From Lobosporangium transversale (taxonomy: Eukaryota): a stretch of 64,000 nucleotides of DNA. The DNA is taken from positions 248,001-312,000 of the forward strand of contig NW_019029005.1 of assembly GCF_002105155.1 (NCBI RefSeq), written 5' to 3'. The notes beneath the pieces are model-generated. The model saw nothing but the letters and a program-made list of their open reading frames with translations, was not told where the DNA came from and searched no databases. Positions 14,621 to 27,876 of the stretch are shown here, piece after piece (the first letter of the stretch is position 1; each line of letters begins with the position of its first letter). The position numbers and the translations under genes were made by a program.

Positions 14621-17153
14621 TTAAAATGTCTGAGCGAGGATTTTAGCAGCCTCACGTCGTCCTGTCATGAGTGCACCATGCACGCTCGCAAACGAAGTTG
14701 AGGTTGTGTGTTCACCTGCAAAATACACTCTTCCTCGGATCGCATCGTCCACAGCGATCATCTTCACAGCCTTGACGGAATTCTTTTTGGCCAATCCAGG
14801 GTAATAGTTGAAGTAATCACCTTCGAAAAAACCACTGGCCCCTCTATTGTTGCTGATCAAGGAGTCCTTCTCTGAGAGCAAAACAGCCCTATTCTGCTGC
14901 TGTCTTTGCTGCTGGTACTGATGTAGGGCCTGCTGCTTTTGTTCCTTAATGCCTGTAGTTATCCTGTAGTGGTTGTAAGGAGGCCTTAATGTCTGAGATG
15001 ACATGGTAGTATCATTGGTGATCGCTGTTGAATTTATGACCGAATAAGGGTCTTTCAGCTTGAAGGTAGTGTTTTGTAGGCCACTATCAGGCCCAACGGC
15101 GGTTGCATTGTCGGTGGGTTTTACTGAATACTTAGTAAGGCTATTAGATCCATGATTAGGAGTAAGGGCTCGATCGTTGAAAACCTTATTGTCACCGATC
15201 TTGCTACTGTGGTAGCCATGACTGCCTTCGGCGCCACCCATCTGTGGAAGGCCTGCAAATTGATTGAGGCAGTTACCTGTGGCCATCAAGCTGACGGGTA
15301 ACAGTGTCTTCATAACTCTTAATCCGTCAGTGCCCTTGAGCTTTTCAGCATAGGTGTCGATCACCTTTTTGTTGGTGCCCAAAAAGCTGTTTCCGCAAGC
15401 CTTGATATCCAGTTCTTCGAAACGCGATTCTCCTCTCTTTAATACTTGCTCAGGACTCGACATGACGACAACAGATCGGGCTCCAACAGGAGTTTCAAAT
15501 TCCGCAAGATCCGATTGATGAGCGCCAACGGGTTACTTGTATAAGAACCTTTAGCAAATGGATCTGCGTTCCATCGAGTCATAAAGACAGCTGTGGGCCT
15601 TGTACCAACGGGATCCTTGATGAGAACGTCGAAGTAATGGGCAAGATGGCAAATCAGTACCTCTTTAGCTTCATCCTCTGTGAGTTTTTCAAAGACATCA
15701 GCGGAGTCATTAGCCATGTATGCAATCATGATAGGCGCATTGTGGATGGGCATGAAAGACGTGTAGTTCGCAAGGTCGCTCATATAAGTCTCTAAAGCCA
15801 ACATCTGTCGCTTATTAAGGTGACGACAGATGTTGGCGTTAGGTATACTTGAAGAAGGTATAGGTAAAAATTTATAAAGTGTTTATCCTTGGGCCAGAAG
15901 CAAATAGGAAAATGAAGGATCACTTTCACCATAGTGCCAAAGCCCAGGCGTTTGATAGCTGTTTGCTTATTCATGGGCAAAGGCGGTGAAAATGTGACGG
16001 AGTTGGACTTGAGGACTCCAAGGGGAAGAGTGACCAAAACTATATCCGCAGTAAATACACCCTTGTTGTTGAAACCTTGACGGCAGACTCTATAATTTTG
16101 AAAGAAAGGAAGATAAGCCTGTAGCGGTTAAGAGCATTGCTCTAATTTTGCTGTCAGTTCATCGTAGTTCAACTATCTACATGTTTCTATGTATCCCCAT
16201 TTCTTTTGTTTAAAATAAAAAAAAATAAAATAAAAAAAAAATAAATAAAAGCGAGGGCTTTTCATCATTCAAAGCGCATGTAATCACTCACCATCATACG
16301 CAATGTGATCCACAACGTGCTCTAGCCGTATATCGACAGGACCCATGTCCTTGCAGAGCGTATCCAATACGCGGTCATAACCGTTTGTTACAATGCAATG
16401 ATCGCCTGGAGGCATATTTTCAGCATCCATGTACTTGAGAGAGACCTTGTCAAGTGGGATTGCATTTTCATCTGCCCAGAACTGCGCTAACAGAGGCACT
16501 ATTTTCAGTTCTCTCTCTGACATGTAATTGGGTAGTTTTGGGTCGCTGGACTGCCGGGTTGCCAGATACTGACATAGCCAGTTTTTGAAGGAGGTTCGAA
16601 TAGAAATTCCTTTCCGATTGTCACGAGAATATTCTTTGGCTCTGCCAAAAATATCCCAGAGGATGGCCCAATAATGATTACTCTCATCCTGGGCGAGCTC
16701 CTTATGGCCGGGACGATCATATATGACATCACTGTTCGTAGCTTCTAGACGCACCTGGGCTGCCTGGGCCAGGCTCACAATGGGGTTTGAGGGGTCGACA
16801 CCATGGATCCAGGATGCCCCAAAGTCGACAGGGATATCACTATGTTCACCAGAAAACAGATTTCGGTGCGTGTCGAGTCTACCTCCGATGCGGTTCTTAG
16901 CTTCAAGGACGGTCACCTGAATCGTGGAAGGATGTTTGGATAGCTCGTAAGCTAAGCATCAATGACACAGTATGGATATATATTTTGTCGAACGTTAAGA
17001 GAAAATAGCATGCGGAATGATGAAAGAAAAGGATAATTTGGGAAATAAAAATAAAAAAAATGAACATGTGATATGCACCAACCCTCACTAACCCAACATC
17101 TCCTCTTTAGACCATTTGTCATTTTATTATAACGCCGCAGCAGGTGTGGGAAT

Positions 17154-17193
<40 letters not shown>

Positions 17194-17468
17194 AGTGAAG
17201 ACTATGTTCTAGTGGAAAGGAGTGAGACGGCCTCGAGAGGGCGGTATTATTGTAGTTTACCTGCAGCGAGACCAGAGATACCAGCTCCAATAATGATAAC
17301 GTGTTTCTTTATAGAGTCCATAGCTTTAGGTGTTGCGAAAGGTGTTGCTATTATAGTTGTGTAGGCTGAAGTTGTGTAGGCTGTACTAATTGGTTTTGTT
17401 GTTGCTGTTTGAATATATACTCGAATTGACTGAAGATGGTTTTTTCTATTGTTGGGCGAATGCTTCAA
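14621..17468 (-). CDS. Flavin-containing amine oxidase (polyamine oxidase/LSD1-like family)
   Basis: FAD-binding VIIIGAGISGLAA, VLEAKNRIGGRL, DFGASWIHG, VTLPLGVLK, TRWNADPFAKGSY and C-terminal FAGEHTTSTSFASVHGALMTGRREA. The start codon is uncertain. Confidence 0.93.
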
Positions 17469-18278
17469 AGTACAAGAGAATTACAGAAGGTTGGTTGGTG
17501 TGACTGGTACTCTGGCATGCAAGGATGTGTCTTTGTGCAACCACCAGTCAACTTGAAAAAAGGAAGTGAAATGAGAAAACTTACAATGGGAAGCGATGTA
17601 ACGAACAAAAAAAAAAAAAAAGATGAACTTGTTCGGTCAGTTGGCTGGTTGCTGCTTGCTTGAGGGTTAATTTGTTGAAGGTGAAGAGAAAGAAGTGGAG
17701 AAAGAAAGAACGAACGAAAAGATTACTTGATGGGGAAAGTACGTCTCTTTATACGATTTTAAAATCTTTAAATAGCAAAGAAATATGCCCACATGGCTGT
17801 TCGTTTGGCTTCTTTTCAACGAACAGTTTATTCCAGGAGAGAAAGAATTGAACAAAGAAAGCAGGCATGCTATTGGTGTCTACTTCACTCTCTCTTCTCT
17901 CTCTCTCTCTCTCTCTTTTTTTTTATTTTTGTTCCTGACGATTATGTTCCTGAGTTTGGTCTGCAATTGCCGCAATAGGCCTATATTTTTACTCGTGGAC
18001 AGAAAGGCATTCCTTGCTTTAAATGTTCCAAGCGCTGAAGATATCAATCCCTTGTGATGAAGGGGTGTAGGGACTTCTAAAAATATAATCCCTCACGCTT
18101 TTTATGGTCTATACTGTCTTTCTCAAAATCACATACCATGTCCTACTATTAACACCATTCGGCTCTTCTTCCATCAAAGATCTTTTTTTTAAAACGACAT
18201 TTGATCACCATTAATCTGGCTCACTATTTCTTACAAGTCCTTAAGCCCTTTTATCCCAACTCCTCGAATCAAATCTTG

Positions 18279-18760
18279 CTACTGACCTAAATTCGACTCT
18301 CCTGCGACGCGTGGCCCACAAAATCTGGAACAAATGTGCTTTACATGCATGCCACACCATATGATAAGTGTCATTTTAAGAAGTTGGACTGAGCAAGACG
18401 GCGTTGGCACTGAAGTCTTGAAATTCGAGACTTTCATTGCGTTTTTGCTGTGAGAGTGACTGAACCTAGGCAGTTGACATGTAATAGAGGACCTAGCTCC
18501 TTGGTACTTGGGATTAGTTGGTCTACTGGTCTGGCTCTTAATCTCCTCGTTAATGATGTCCAGATTGTTCTCTGTAACTCTGGGTGAACGATAAAGAAAG
18601 TCAACTCGTCGCTCGCTGGAGATGTAGTATTGCTTTGGAATAAATGGTTTCTTGAAGCAGGCATTAATATCCCAATATCCTACTGTATCGGACATTGCTG
18701 ATCGTCTGGTTGTTCTACTCAGTAATCTCTCCTTGTGTAGTGCTCGGCTGAGGATGTTGC
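18279..18760 (-). pseudogene. Possible degenerate PD-(D/E)XK-like nuclease fragment
   Basis: RRVDFL...NEEIK spacing resembles a D...ExK nuclease motif; the surrounding frames are interrupted. Weak evidence. Confidence 0.25.
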
Positions 18761-20930
18761 ATTGTGGTATAGATATGTGTCATGTATTGAAATAGTGCCT
18801 ACTGCCTATACTGTTGGTCATGCGGCCCTGCATTTGTTTGAAGGAGGTATTGGATGAATCGAACGAATAGCAAGACACCAATCAAAACCATCATGAAGAA
18901 AGTTCGATTTTACTCACCACAATGTCAGATCGCGTTCTATAGTAACCCCACCGGTCTTTCAATCCATTTGGGCCCCCATAACTCACTCTTTTCTACGAGG
19001 AAAGGACGAATTTGTAAGTCACCAAGGCCTGAGAAAGAATCCAAAACAATGGCACGCCACACGGTACATCAACCTCTTGACCTTATTTTCTTTGTAAAAA
19101 AAAAAACAAAAAAAAAAAAAGCAAAGAAAAGAAAAAGCATAGAATGGAATCAGAATGTAATGATCAGCCACGACTTGGCAATCTACTCTCTTGTTGAGTT
19201 CTCATTGAGTTTTGGAATGAGCATCGGCTCTTTTGAGGGTTTGTTTGATTCATACCACAAAAGAAGGTGATGGGTGTATATGTGTATATGTGTATATGAC
19301 TCTTGGCCAAGGTAATTTCTTTGTCCTCCGCTCCTTCTATTATACCCTCTCTGTCACCCTACTGCAAAGGGACCATACGCGCTGCATTTGAGTTCTTTCG
19401 TACAGGTGCTTCACCTTGGTCAAAAGAGGATCATCCTGTCACCTTTCACTGACGGACTCAATATTGTACTTTATCTAATCATTCTAAATGCTACGTGTTT
19501 AAACATTGTCGAGGCTTCTATCGTCCTCAATCCCATTACCATGTAAGATTGGAGCTCTTTCCTTTTTATGGACGAAGAAAACAAAAGTCAAAAATGACAA
19601 TGCTTCTTAATGTAATGTCTTTGTTACGACTTCAAGGGTATTTGCCTGTCATCTAATTGTATCCGAGATTTGTCTGCCACAATTGACTCATGTGCACTTC
19701 TGCTACCTGCTTACAACGACCACCATATCCAATAACCGCTATTAATGGAGCAAGGTTTACCACCAATAAATAGCAAAGAGCCATTGGATGACAATATTCA
19801 AACTCTTCCACATCTTAGTATATTGAATTTGTCACCCCCACCTAGTCGGCGGCAGCTGAACGCGAGCCTGTGCCTCCACACGGTCCTTTTCGCAGTACAT
19901 CGCTATCAACCAATCAGTTACTATGCTATGTGGCTCAGCTGCAAGGACTTTTCCTCCTCACAGTGCCGCACAAGCCAACCCAATACTCATATCCAAGGGT
20001 GCCCGAGCTTAGTCTCAGCTTACGGAGCCACCATATCTATCTCAACAGCGGCAACAACAGCAGCAACAACAACAACAATTGTAACGTTATTATAACGAGA
20101 TAACGACGCCCGCTATTTGGCTCGTTATGAATGGGCCGAAGGTAGTAACGAGTTAAATTCTTTCTTCCATCAGAGGCATTAATGGGTGCTATGAGATTTT
20201 AGGGGACGTTCCTGAGACTATAGTGCTTGCGAGTGGCGTTGGTATGTCACGCCCTGAGAGTTAAAACTATTTTGGTCTCCATCATCCATTCAGGCTAAAC
20301 TTTAAACAACCTCTAGAAACCAAATCTGCTTCTCCATCAAGAGATTTTGACGGAAGCAATAACAACAACAGTAAACTAACAATAGCACTGGCAAGTTTTA
20401 TGTGCGGCAACGACAGCAGCGGCCATTGCGGTTGCCATCTGCCACAATGAAAAAATCTTACGGGGCTGCTGGAGAAGGCACAAAGCCTAGTGAACAGGAT
20501 ACTCTGTTACGTCTGGCAGATATAGAGGGAGGAAAAAAGAAGAGGAGAGTGGTAGAGCCAAGAGATTTATTCCAGACATTGTGCTGACACTCCCTACACC
20601 TGCAGAGGCAGGTAGATTGTCCAGCAACTTCGCCATTTAAAACTTAAAAAAAAAATGATGGCGAGATATCTACGTCAATGTGATTGAGCGATTTTAGCAT
20701 TCAATTGATTACATTATTTGTATTCTCTAAACAATATAAATATATTAAATGAATTAAATGGGTTTTTTATCATTCCTTCTCCTTCTTTCACTCCTTTCCC
20801 TTTCTCCCTCATTCTGAATCTCATTGGAATCTCATTCCTTGCATCGCTGATTCGGTTACAATCTCTAAACTGGTTATTAATATTATAGCTATTACACCAT
20901 TTGTCTTCTCCCTTTCCTCGTCTCGTCCGA

Positions 20931-22430
20931 ATGGCTTCGCCCTCCTCAAATTCACACACTCTCTTCCGTGCCAAAGGCATTGGCAAAAAAAAAGAAGACG
21001 GCACATGGCTCTTAAAAAAAAAGAACAAAATAATAACTAAAGGGGGAATTTTTCACTGGCCCATTTCTGGTAATAGGGTATGTGCAAATATGAATAACGG
21101 ACATATTAATTTAATAATATTATTATTCGTCTCGGCAATTAACAATTACTATCTATCAAGCTGATCCCATTCCTTGTTTTATCCCACTTTAGTAAATCTA
21201 CTCTGCTCAAGTGCATCAACCAGACCATTTCTATGGATGAAGGTCAGGTTTGGCTGAATGACAAGTAAGTGAGGAGAGATAATAATCATGAGAGACATAA
21301 CAAAACAAACAAACAAAAAGATCTAGAACTTAAAATTAGAGATTAAAAGAAAAAAAAAAAAAAAACCTGCAATTGCCAAAAATGGTCATGCTCCTCCGAT
21401 ACTGATACTGCCATCTCTTAACTTACAAAAAACCATAAACAAAAAAATAAAAAAAAAATAAAAAAAATAAAAAAAAGAACTCCGGATCAATGGGCATCCC
21501 AACATGGCGAAGTTTAGTCATGTATATCCCTCAACGCACCGCTGTCATGGAAGGAACGCCTCTCGATTTCGTAGAAGTGATTCGAAAGTTCCAAACTCAC
21601 AAAAATAACACCGATTATTACGATGACCCCGTCCAAGTTGCACTAGAGTATGTCTCCATGTTTTTTGTGTGTCATCTAATCGAAGACTATCGATACGCCA
21701 ACCCAAAAAAAAAAAAAAAAAAAAAAAAATTTAGTAAGTATTTAACATAAAGTACTAACTCCATCTCATCTTTTTTTTTTTTTTTTTTTTTTTTTTTACA
21801 TCTTGTGTACGCATACCAATCTGCTCCTTTAATTATTAATCTCTAGCTGGGGTGTTCGACCCGATCTCTGGCATAGCAAGTGGAATACTCTCTCTGGAGG
21901 AGAGATACAACGAATCGCTCTCGCTATCGGATGCTCTTTCCGTCCAGAAGTCCTGCTTCTTGATGGTATGTGGCTACTTCTTTTTCTTCATAGTTTTTGG
22001 TCTTGAAATCGATGTGAAATCATTTTATATTTTTCATTGAAATCCTTTTTTTTTTTTTTTTTTTTTTCGAAACTATCGTGCATGCATGTGTATGTGTACT
22101 GATAACCTGCTAGAACCCACATCAGCGTTGGATGAAGAAAGTTGTGACAAGGTCGAGGAGACCCTTCGAGGACTCAACTGTATCTGGGTCACTCATAATC
22201 CTCACCAAGCCAAGCGTATCTCTAGCGCAGGAACATTGCAAATGCGTGAAGGCGATAACAGCGAACCTGGCAGCCCTTTGAGCGTAACTATAGAGAGCAA
22301 TCGTGATCATGGGGATGGACACGTTAAACCAAATGGAAGCAAGCATAACAAGGCCTCAGGCCATTCAAAATCTTCCTCAAATGCTTCTTCCTCAAGCTCT
22401 TCTTCCTCCAAGACCGCTGGTGCCCATTAA
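20931..22430 (+). CDS. Stand-alone ABC transporter ATP-binding subunit (YbbL/FetA/STAR1-like), multi-exon
   Basis: Walker A split by an intron (GPSG..G|KSTLLKCI), Q-loop YIPQR, signature LSGGEIQRIALA (~21890-21930), Walker B VLLLD|EPTSALD and H-loop WVTH. No transmembrane domain. Confidence 0.88.
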
Positions 22431-23011
22431 TAGTATTTTTGCCGGTGACTCTACATTTTAACATAGGATAATAAATAAATCTTTTAACACACATCATCGC
22501 TCCAGGCACAAGGGTTGCCTTTATTCAACCTTTCGTATACCTTGCATACATGGAAAGCCACCATGGTAAGGAAATAAAAGAGTTTTTAGCAGATAACTAC
22601 ATCCCTAGTTCCGATCAGCATTGAAGGGGTTAAGTACAAATAAGACCAAATATGTGGTGAATACATCAAAGGGGCCAAGAATTACAACCATTATGGTGTT
22701 TAAAAAGATTAAATAACTTAATATGTACTCTCTCTGGGTTTTGTATCTTATTTACCATTATAAACTGTCTGAGAACCCAGGTTTATCGAGTATCTGGAAT
22801 ATATTTGAGTAACGTAATTCATTTCAAAGGCTTTGAAACGTGCTTTATTTGATATCTCTATGGAGGAGCGGAGGAAATCCATTTTCATGAGGTCAGGCCT
22901 GAAAGGACAGCTTCGGTTTGTTTATTTATTTTATTTACAAGGAAATAGCTGTCTATAATATTACGATTCATAAAAAAAAAAAAAAAAAAAAATCTTGCAA
23001 TCTCCTGTTTA

Positions 23012-25499
23012 TCACGCAGCAGTGCTCGTTTTAGGAGTTGATCCATGAGTTTGCAGTAAATGGTTTTTGAGGCCATTAATATTGGTATATCCCTTGCCAC
23101 ACCCTGGAACAAGACATTTATAAGGCTTGTTCGATTCATCCTCTTCCTTTGAGTAGTCTGAGGTATTAGGAAGCTCCATAGAAGCTGTAGGAAGACGACG
23201 CACAGAAGCTGTGACAGATCCACTTGAAGACGCTTTAGAGGCACTGATACTGCTGTAGAGATCAATATGATCATTCCGCATATGGTTATTTAGACTCGAT
23301 TGACTCACATACGACTTTTGACAGGCAGGTGCAGCACAAGCGAACTTTTTCGTTGATGATCTGGATGCCGGCGCCTTGGTTACTTTGGATGTGAATGTAG
23401 CAGGAAGCACTGAAGCTGGAGTAGAAAATGCCGGGACCGTAGCAAGTAGCGCTGAAGTCGTTAATGACAGAATGCTGGAATTCGTTGCTGAATTGAGATT
23501 GCTAGCCCCTGCATCTGTAGCTGTTGTTGTAGTTATCGACATCGGTTGAACAAAAATAGGCTCGTGTGCGGCCACGTTGATATGTGTCCCAAAATGTATT
23601 CTATCATGCAAAGGATTCCCCATGGGATTTGCGAAAAAAAGCTCCTTTCCTCCAAAGATATCAAAATCTGCATTATTATCAGTCGTATTGCTGCCATTAT
23701 TGCCATCGGTGCTATTAGAGATATCCTGCACATTGTTAGGCGCTGACATTGCATCTATAACCATATGATCGCCGTTACTAGCTACTTGATGCTGCAGTAA
23801 TAGATTGCTGTCCAAGGGCGAAGATGCTGCTGAAGTTAAATCTATCATATCAATGTCGAGGTCGGTATGGCTATTTTGCGGGATGACCATGGCATCCGTC
23901 CTGAATATTGTATCATCGCTGTGCATAGTCATCGCCCTATGACCGTGGCTATTGGTTATGTGCGTGTTTAATCCTTGAATTTGGTGATAACTCTGTTCAC
24001 ACCCTAGTTCGGGACAGTGTAGCAGAGTACGATGGTTTTTAGGTGAAGATGCTCCTGAAGAGGTCTGCGAGGATGCAGCTGACCCTTCTAGTGACGATGC
24101 ACTATGTGGAATATTAAGGGCGTTATGTGCTATATGTTGGAAAAGAGTCTGTGGTGGATGGTCTTTTTGAGAGGATTGGTGTAGTTGTAGATGAACCTCG
24201 GTTGGAGTGGGGGAGTTGGGAAGACCCATCATTGAGGTTTCAAACACAGTGGAAGGTATGGGCATGCGGAGACCAAGGCTAGGTGATGGTGCACTAGAAG
24301 TAGATGTATTAAGTTTGTTATGAGAATTGGGAGTGCTTTGTCGAGCCGTCCGGATGGCTTTGCTGGAAGACTCTGAGGTGTCTTCAATGGTATTAGAATG
24401 ACCCGTATGTCCCGGTGAGTTCTTAGCATGTGTGACATGGTATTGAAGACCATTGATGTTCTTGTATCTTTTCCGCATCTCACAACCGGGCATAGTGCAT
24501 CGAAAAGGCTTTTCGACCGTAGTCCCTGCATGCGATGCCTTAATGTGATAGTAGAGGAGCGATGGTGATGAACTCATGAAATTACAGTCAAGGATTGCGC
24601 AGCCATACGGCTTAGTGTCGTCCTCAGGTTCACTATTGTCTGCTTGATCACCCTTAATATCGCTCGCAAGTTTTGCAAAAGAATCATCGTCCAGCGTGAT
24701 CCCATGCTCCAGAAACTCTTCGTCGAAAAATGAATCTCGCATCAACAGGATATCGTCTGAATTTACGTGATAGTTTGCATCGGATTCAAAGTCATCGTTA
24801 TGTGTATCTAAAAGAGCCTCCAGACGACGGGTTTCGGCAAGGATGGCTGCATCATTGCTGCTTCCTTGGCCTCTTTTTTTGTTGACTCGCTTCATGTGGT
24901 TGATCCCTCTCTGAATTTTCCGCCAGCGGTTTCGACAGTGTACCAGGTCTTCCTGGAAAGGCCAGAGCAATCTTTTGCCACTGACTGCCAAACTCCTCAA
25001 ATCTCTGTAACAAGATAAGATCGTCCTCTGGAGTCCAGGCAGCCCTATCAATATGTGGATCCAGACCTTCGCGCCATCTCTTGGCACATTGGTCATCAGT
25101 ACGCCCAGGAATACGCTCTGCAATCTTGCTCCATTGCCCCTTAAACATTTCCACACCGGTCCTGAGTAAGTGATCCTCTTCTGGGGTCCAAGGACCTTTT
25201 TTGAGCTTAGGGTCGAGTGAGTGGAACCAACGTTTCCTGCAATTTTTGTTGGTTCTTCCTGGTACACATGCTGCAATCTTGGCCCACTTTTCTGTTTTAT
25301 CCCCGTATTTTTGAACTGCAGCACGAAGGAACTCGTCTTCCTCAGGTGTCCATACTATTCTCTCGCCACGATCCCGTTTTCGAGGAGCAGCTGCTTCTTC
25401 TAGATTAAGAAGGTCTTCAATATTAGGCTCTTCCTCTCCTGTCAGCCCCAATGAAGGCATATCCTGTGGCAGCGCAGCATTAAAGACCACAGCCGGCAC
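23012..25499 (-). CDS. Three-repeat Myb DNA-binding protein fused to multiple C2H2 zinc fingers (Sfp1-like fingers); 5' exon unresolved
   Basis: WTPEEDEFLR...CRKRW, WTPEEDHLLR...CAKRW and WTPEDDLIL...CRNRW repeats; C2H2 fingers such as KPFRCTMPGCEMRKRYKNINGLQYH and KPYKCLVPGCGKGYTNINGLKNH. Frameshift near 24945. Confidence 0.9.
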
Positions 25500-26795
25500 C
25501 TATTTATATGACAGAAAAGAATATATATATATATAAGAGAGAGGCCTTTAGCTTCTTTCGTAGTCAACATTATATGTCAATGGCTATCCTTTTGCATTAA
25601 AGTGTAAGATCTTCTGCCTTGTAACCATCCATGTCCTTACAGGTTATCCTTTGACCCACCCTCGTGTGGGGGTGAATAGAACGTGAACTATAGACCATGG
25701 ATCACAAAACTGGGCGTTAGTTGTGGTAGTACCAATATATACAAGGGCTGTTCAAAAAAAAAAAAAAAAAAAAAAAAAGGAGTAGAAGTATAAGCGCAAA
25801 CCACCTACATCGAATTGCGACGATGCCTGGTATGCAAAGTGCGAATAAGGCTCAAAGTCAGAGTGAGAACTGTAGCTGTCGCTCTGGTGAAAAACGAAGT
25901 GATGGATGAGACGAAAAAAAAAGCAAGCAAGCAAGGGTGTCAATTAGTAAGGAGAAGAGAGATGGAAAAGGAGCACCTTGGGTTGAGTGAGTGCTGCCAA
26001 ACCCTTGTCCACTTCTCTTCCTCTTGAACCAGCGCTTTTGCTCATTACCATGTTCACTGCCATGGAGTGCTAGCAAGGGGTCATTCGCTACACGGTGCTG
26101 ACGATGTACATATACACACCAGCAAGGTTTTTTGTTTTGTTTTGCTTAGTTTTGTTGCAAAGTAGAATTATAAAAGCTATTTTTTTATGAATGAAATAAA
26201 GAGAAATGGGGCAGGATAATTGATAAATATGGAACAACTTATTGTGTATGAGAATGAAGGAGATGAAGGAAGAAAGGGAATAAGTGTGAGGTATGGGGTA
26301 TGAGGTGTGAGGTGTGAGGTATGAAGAATGAATGTGAGGCGTGTGAAGTAAAAGAATTTGGAATTGAGATGACTTGTCGTCTCCTGATCGAAGCCTTTGT
26401 TGTAAACTCGTTCCTGTAACATTGTAATTACAGCCACAAAACCCTTGACAATTGAAAATTCAAATGACTTGGATATGTTGCTCTTCAACCCCTGCATCTC
26501 AATTTTTGGACTTTCAAAGAACTGGCACACTTTCTCCATCAGCCCTCTTCTGGCCCGGGAGAGGTGAGGGAACAAACTTCTTAACCTCCTCTCCAAAAAG
26601 ATACTTTTTTTTTTCACATTTTTGTTGCACTTTTGTTGCACTCTCACGCTCAGTATCCATATCTTTTAATTGATTCAACAGACAAGTATCATCACGACAT
26701 CGGATCTCAAATAAGCGATACAACAAGAGCTTCTTATAACGGATATATTATACCATTCTACAATTAAAGATGCCACTTCGACAGCTGTGATACTT

Positions 26796-26831
<36 letters not shown>

Positions 26832-27843
26832 CAATGCATTCTAATATTTATTAACGAGAAATCATCTGTACCATCTCTCTCCGCTCTGCAGATTAGATCA
26901 ACTAGGACATCAAGAACAAAAACTACACTGTATGCTGTAGGTGCGTTCCTTTGTAATCCAACAAGGACTATGATTTGATTGCAAGCGCATCAAAAGATGC
27001 TTTTTTTTTTTTTTTTTTTTTTTTTGGTTTTTGGTTTTCAACGGCCGACATGCGTGATCGATCAGAAATAAATGACAATAAATCTAAACATGCAGCAATG
27101 CAGCTCTTAAGAATCAAACAAGATACGGTAACCAGTATATACAGCCGACATTGCTGTTTTTCTTATTGCTGGTGTTGATGATATGATGAGCTGTGGAGCA
27201 TGATTGCTGTGGCTGCTGTGGTTACAAGCTCTATTCATACAATCTAGACTTGCGTCTCCTACCCCACATCTGCAGAGTCGGTAGTTTAATGGGATTCCAG
27301 CCTTAAACCTCTAAAGATGTATGTATGACATAAAGATCGATCCATGAATTACGTGTTCAGGTTCCCTTGCTTTGCCTATCCAATTTTGCTAGATCATTGC
27401 TGCGGATGAAAATAGACAACGACAATAGTAAAGGTGTCCTATAGCCCATTCAGGTAATTGTATGCATTGCTCCATGCGCTCGATTCTCATTAGCAGCGTT
27501 TCGAGTCTGTGACAAATATTCCATAAGTTTATCATGCCATCGCAAGTCAGGCAGGTCTGTCAATGACTGTACGAATATAAGCGCTTTTATAAACTAACTA
27601 CCATCACCATTGACCTACACTCAACAAGCTATTCTTAAGTTAGGATTACATCCCCACATGCAAGCGGCGTTCGTGCAGAAGAGGAAGTGTGGATGTTTGA
27701 TATAGGTATAGGTGTAGACACCCCAATTTATGATGAACATTATTCTTCCATTTCGTCCACCCTCGCATCGAATCGCTTGCTTTTTCATCATTCAGCTTTT
27801 CGGGAAGGGGAAGTATAAATTATTAAACAGCGGTCATTAGGGG

Positions 27844-27876
<33 letters not shown>

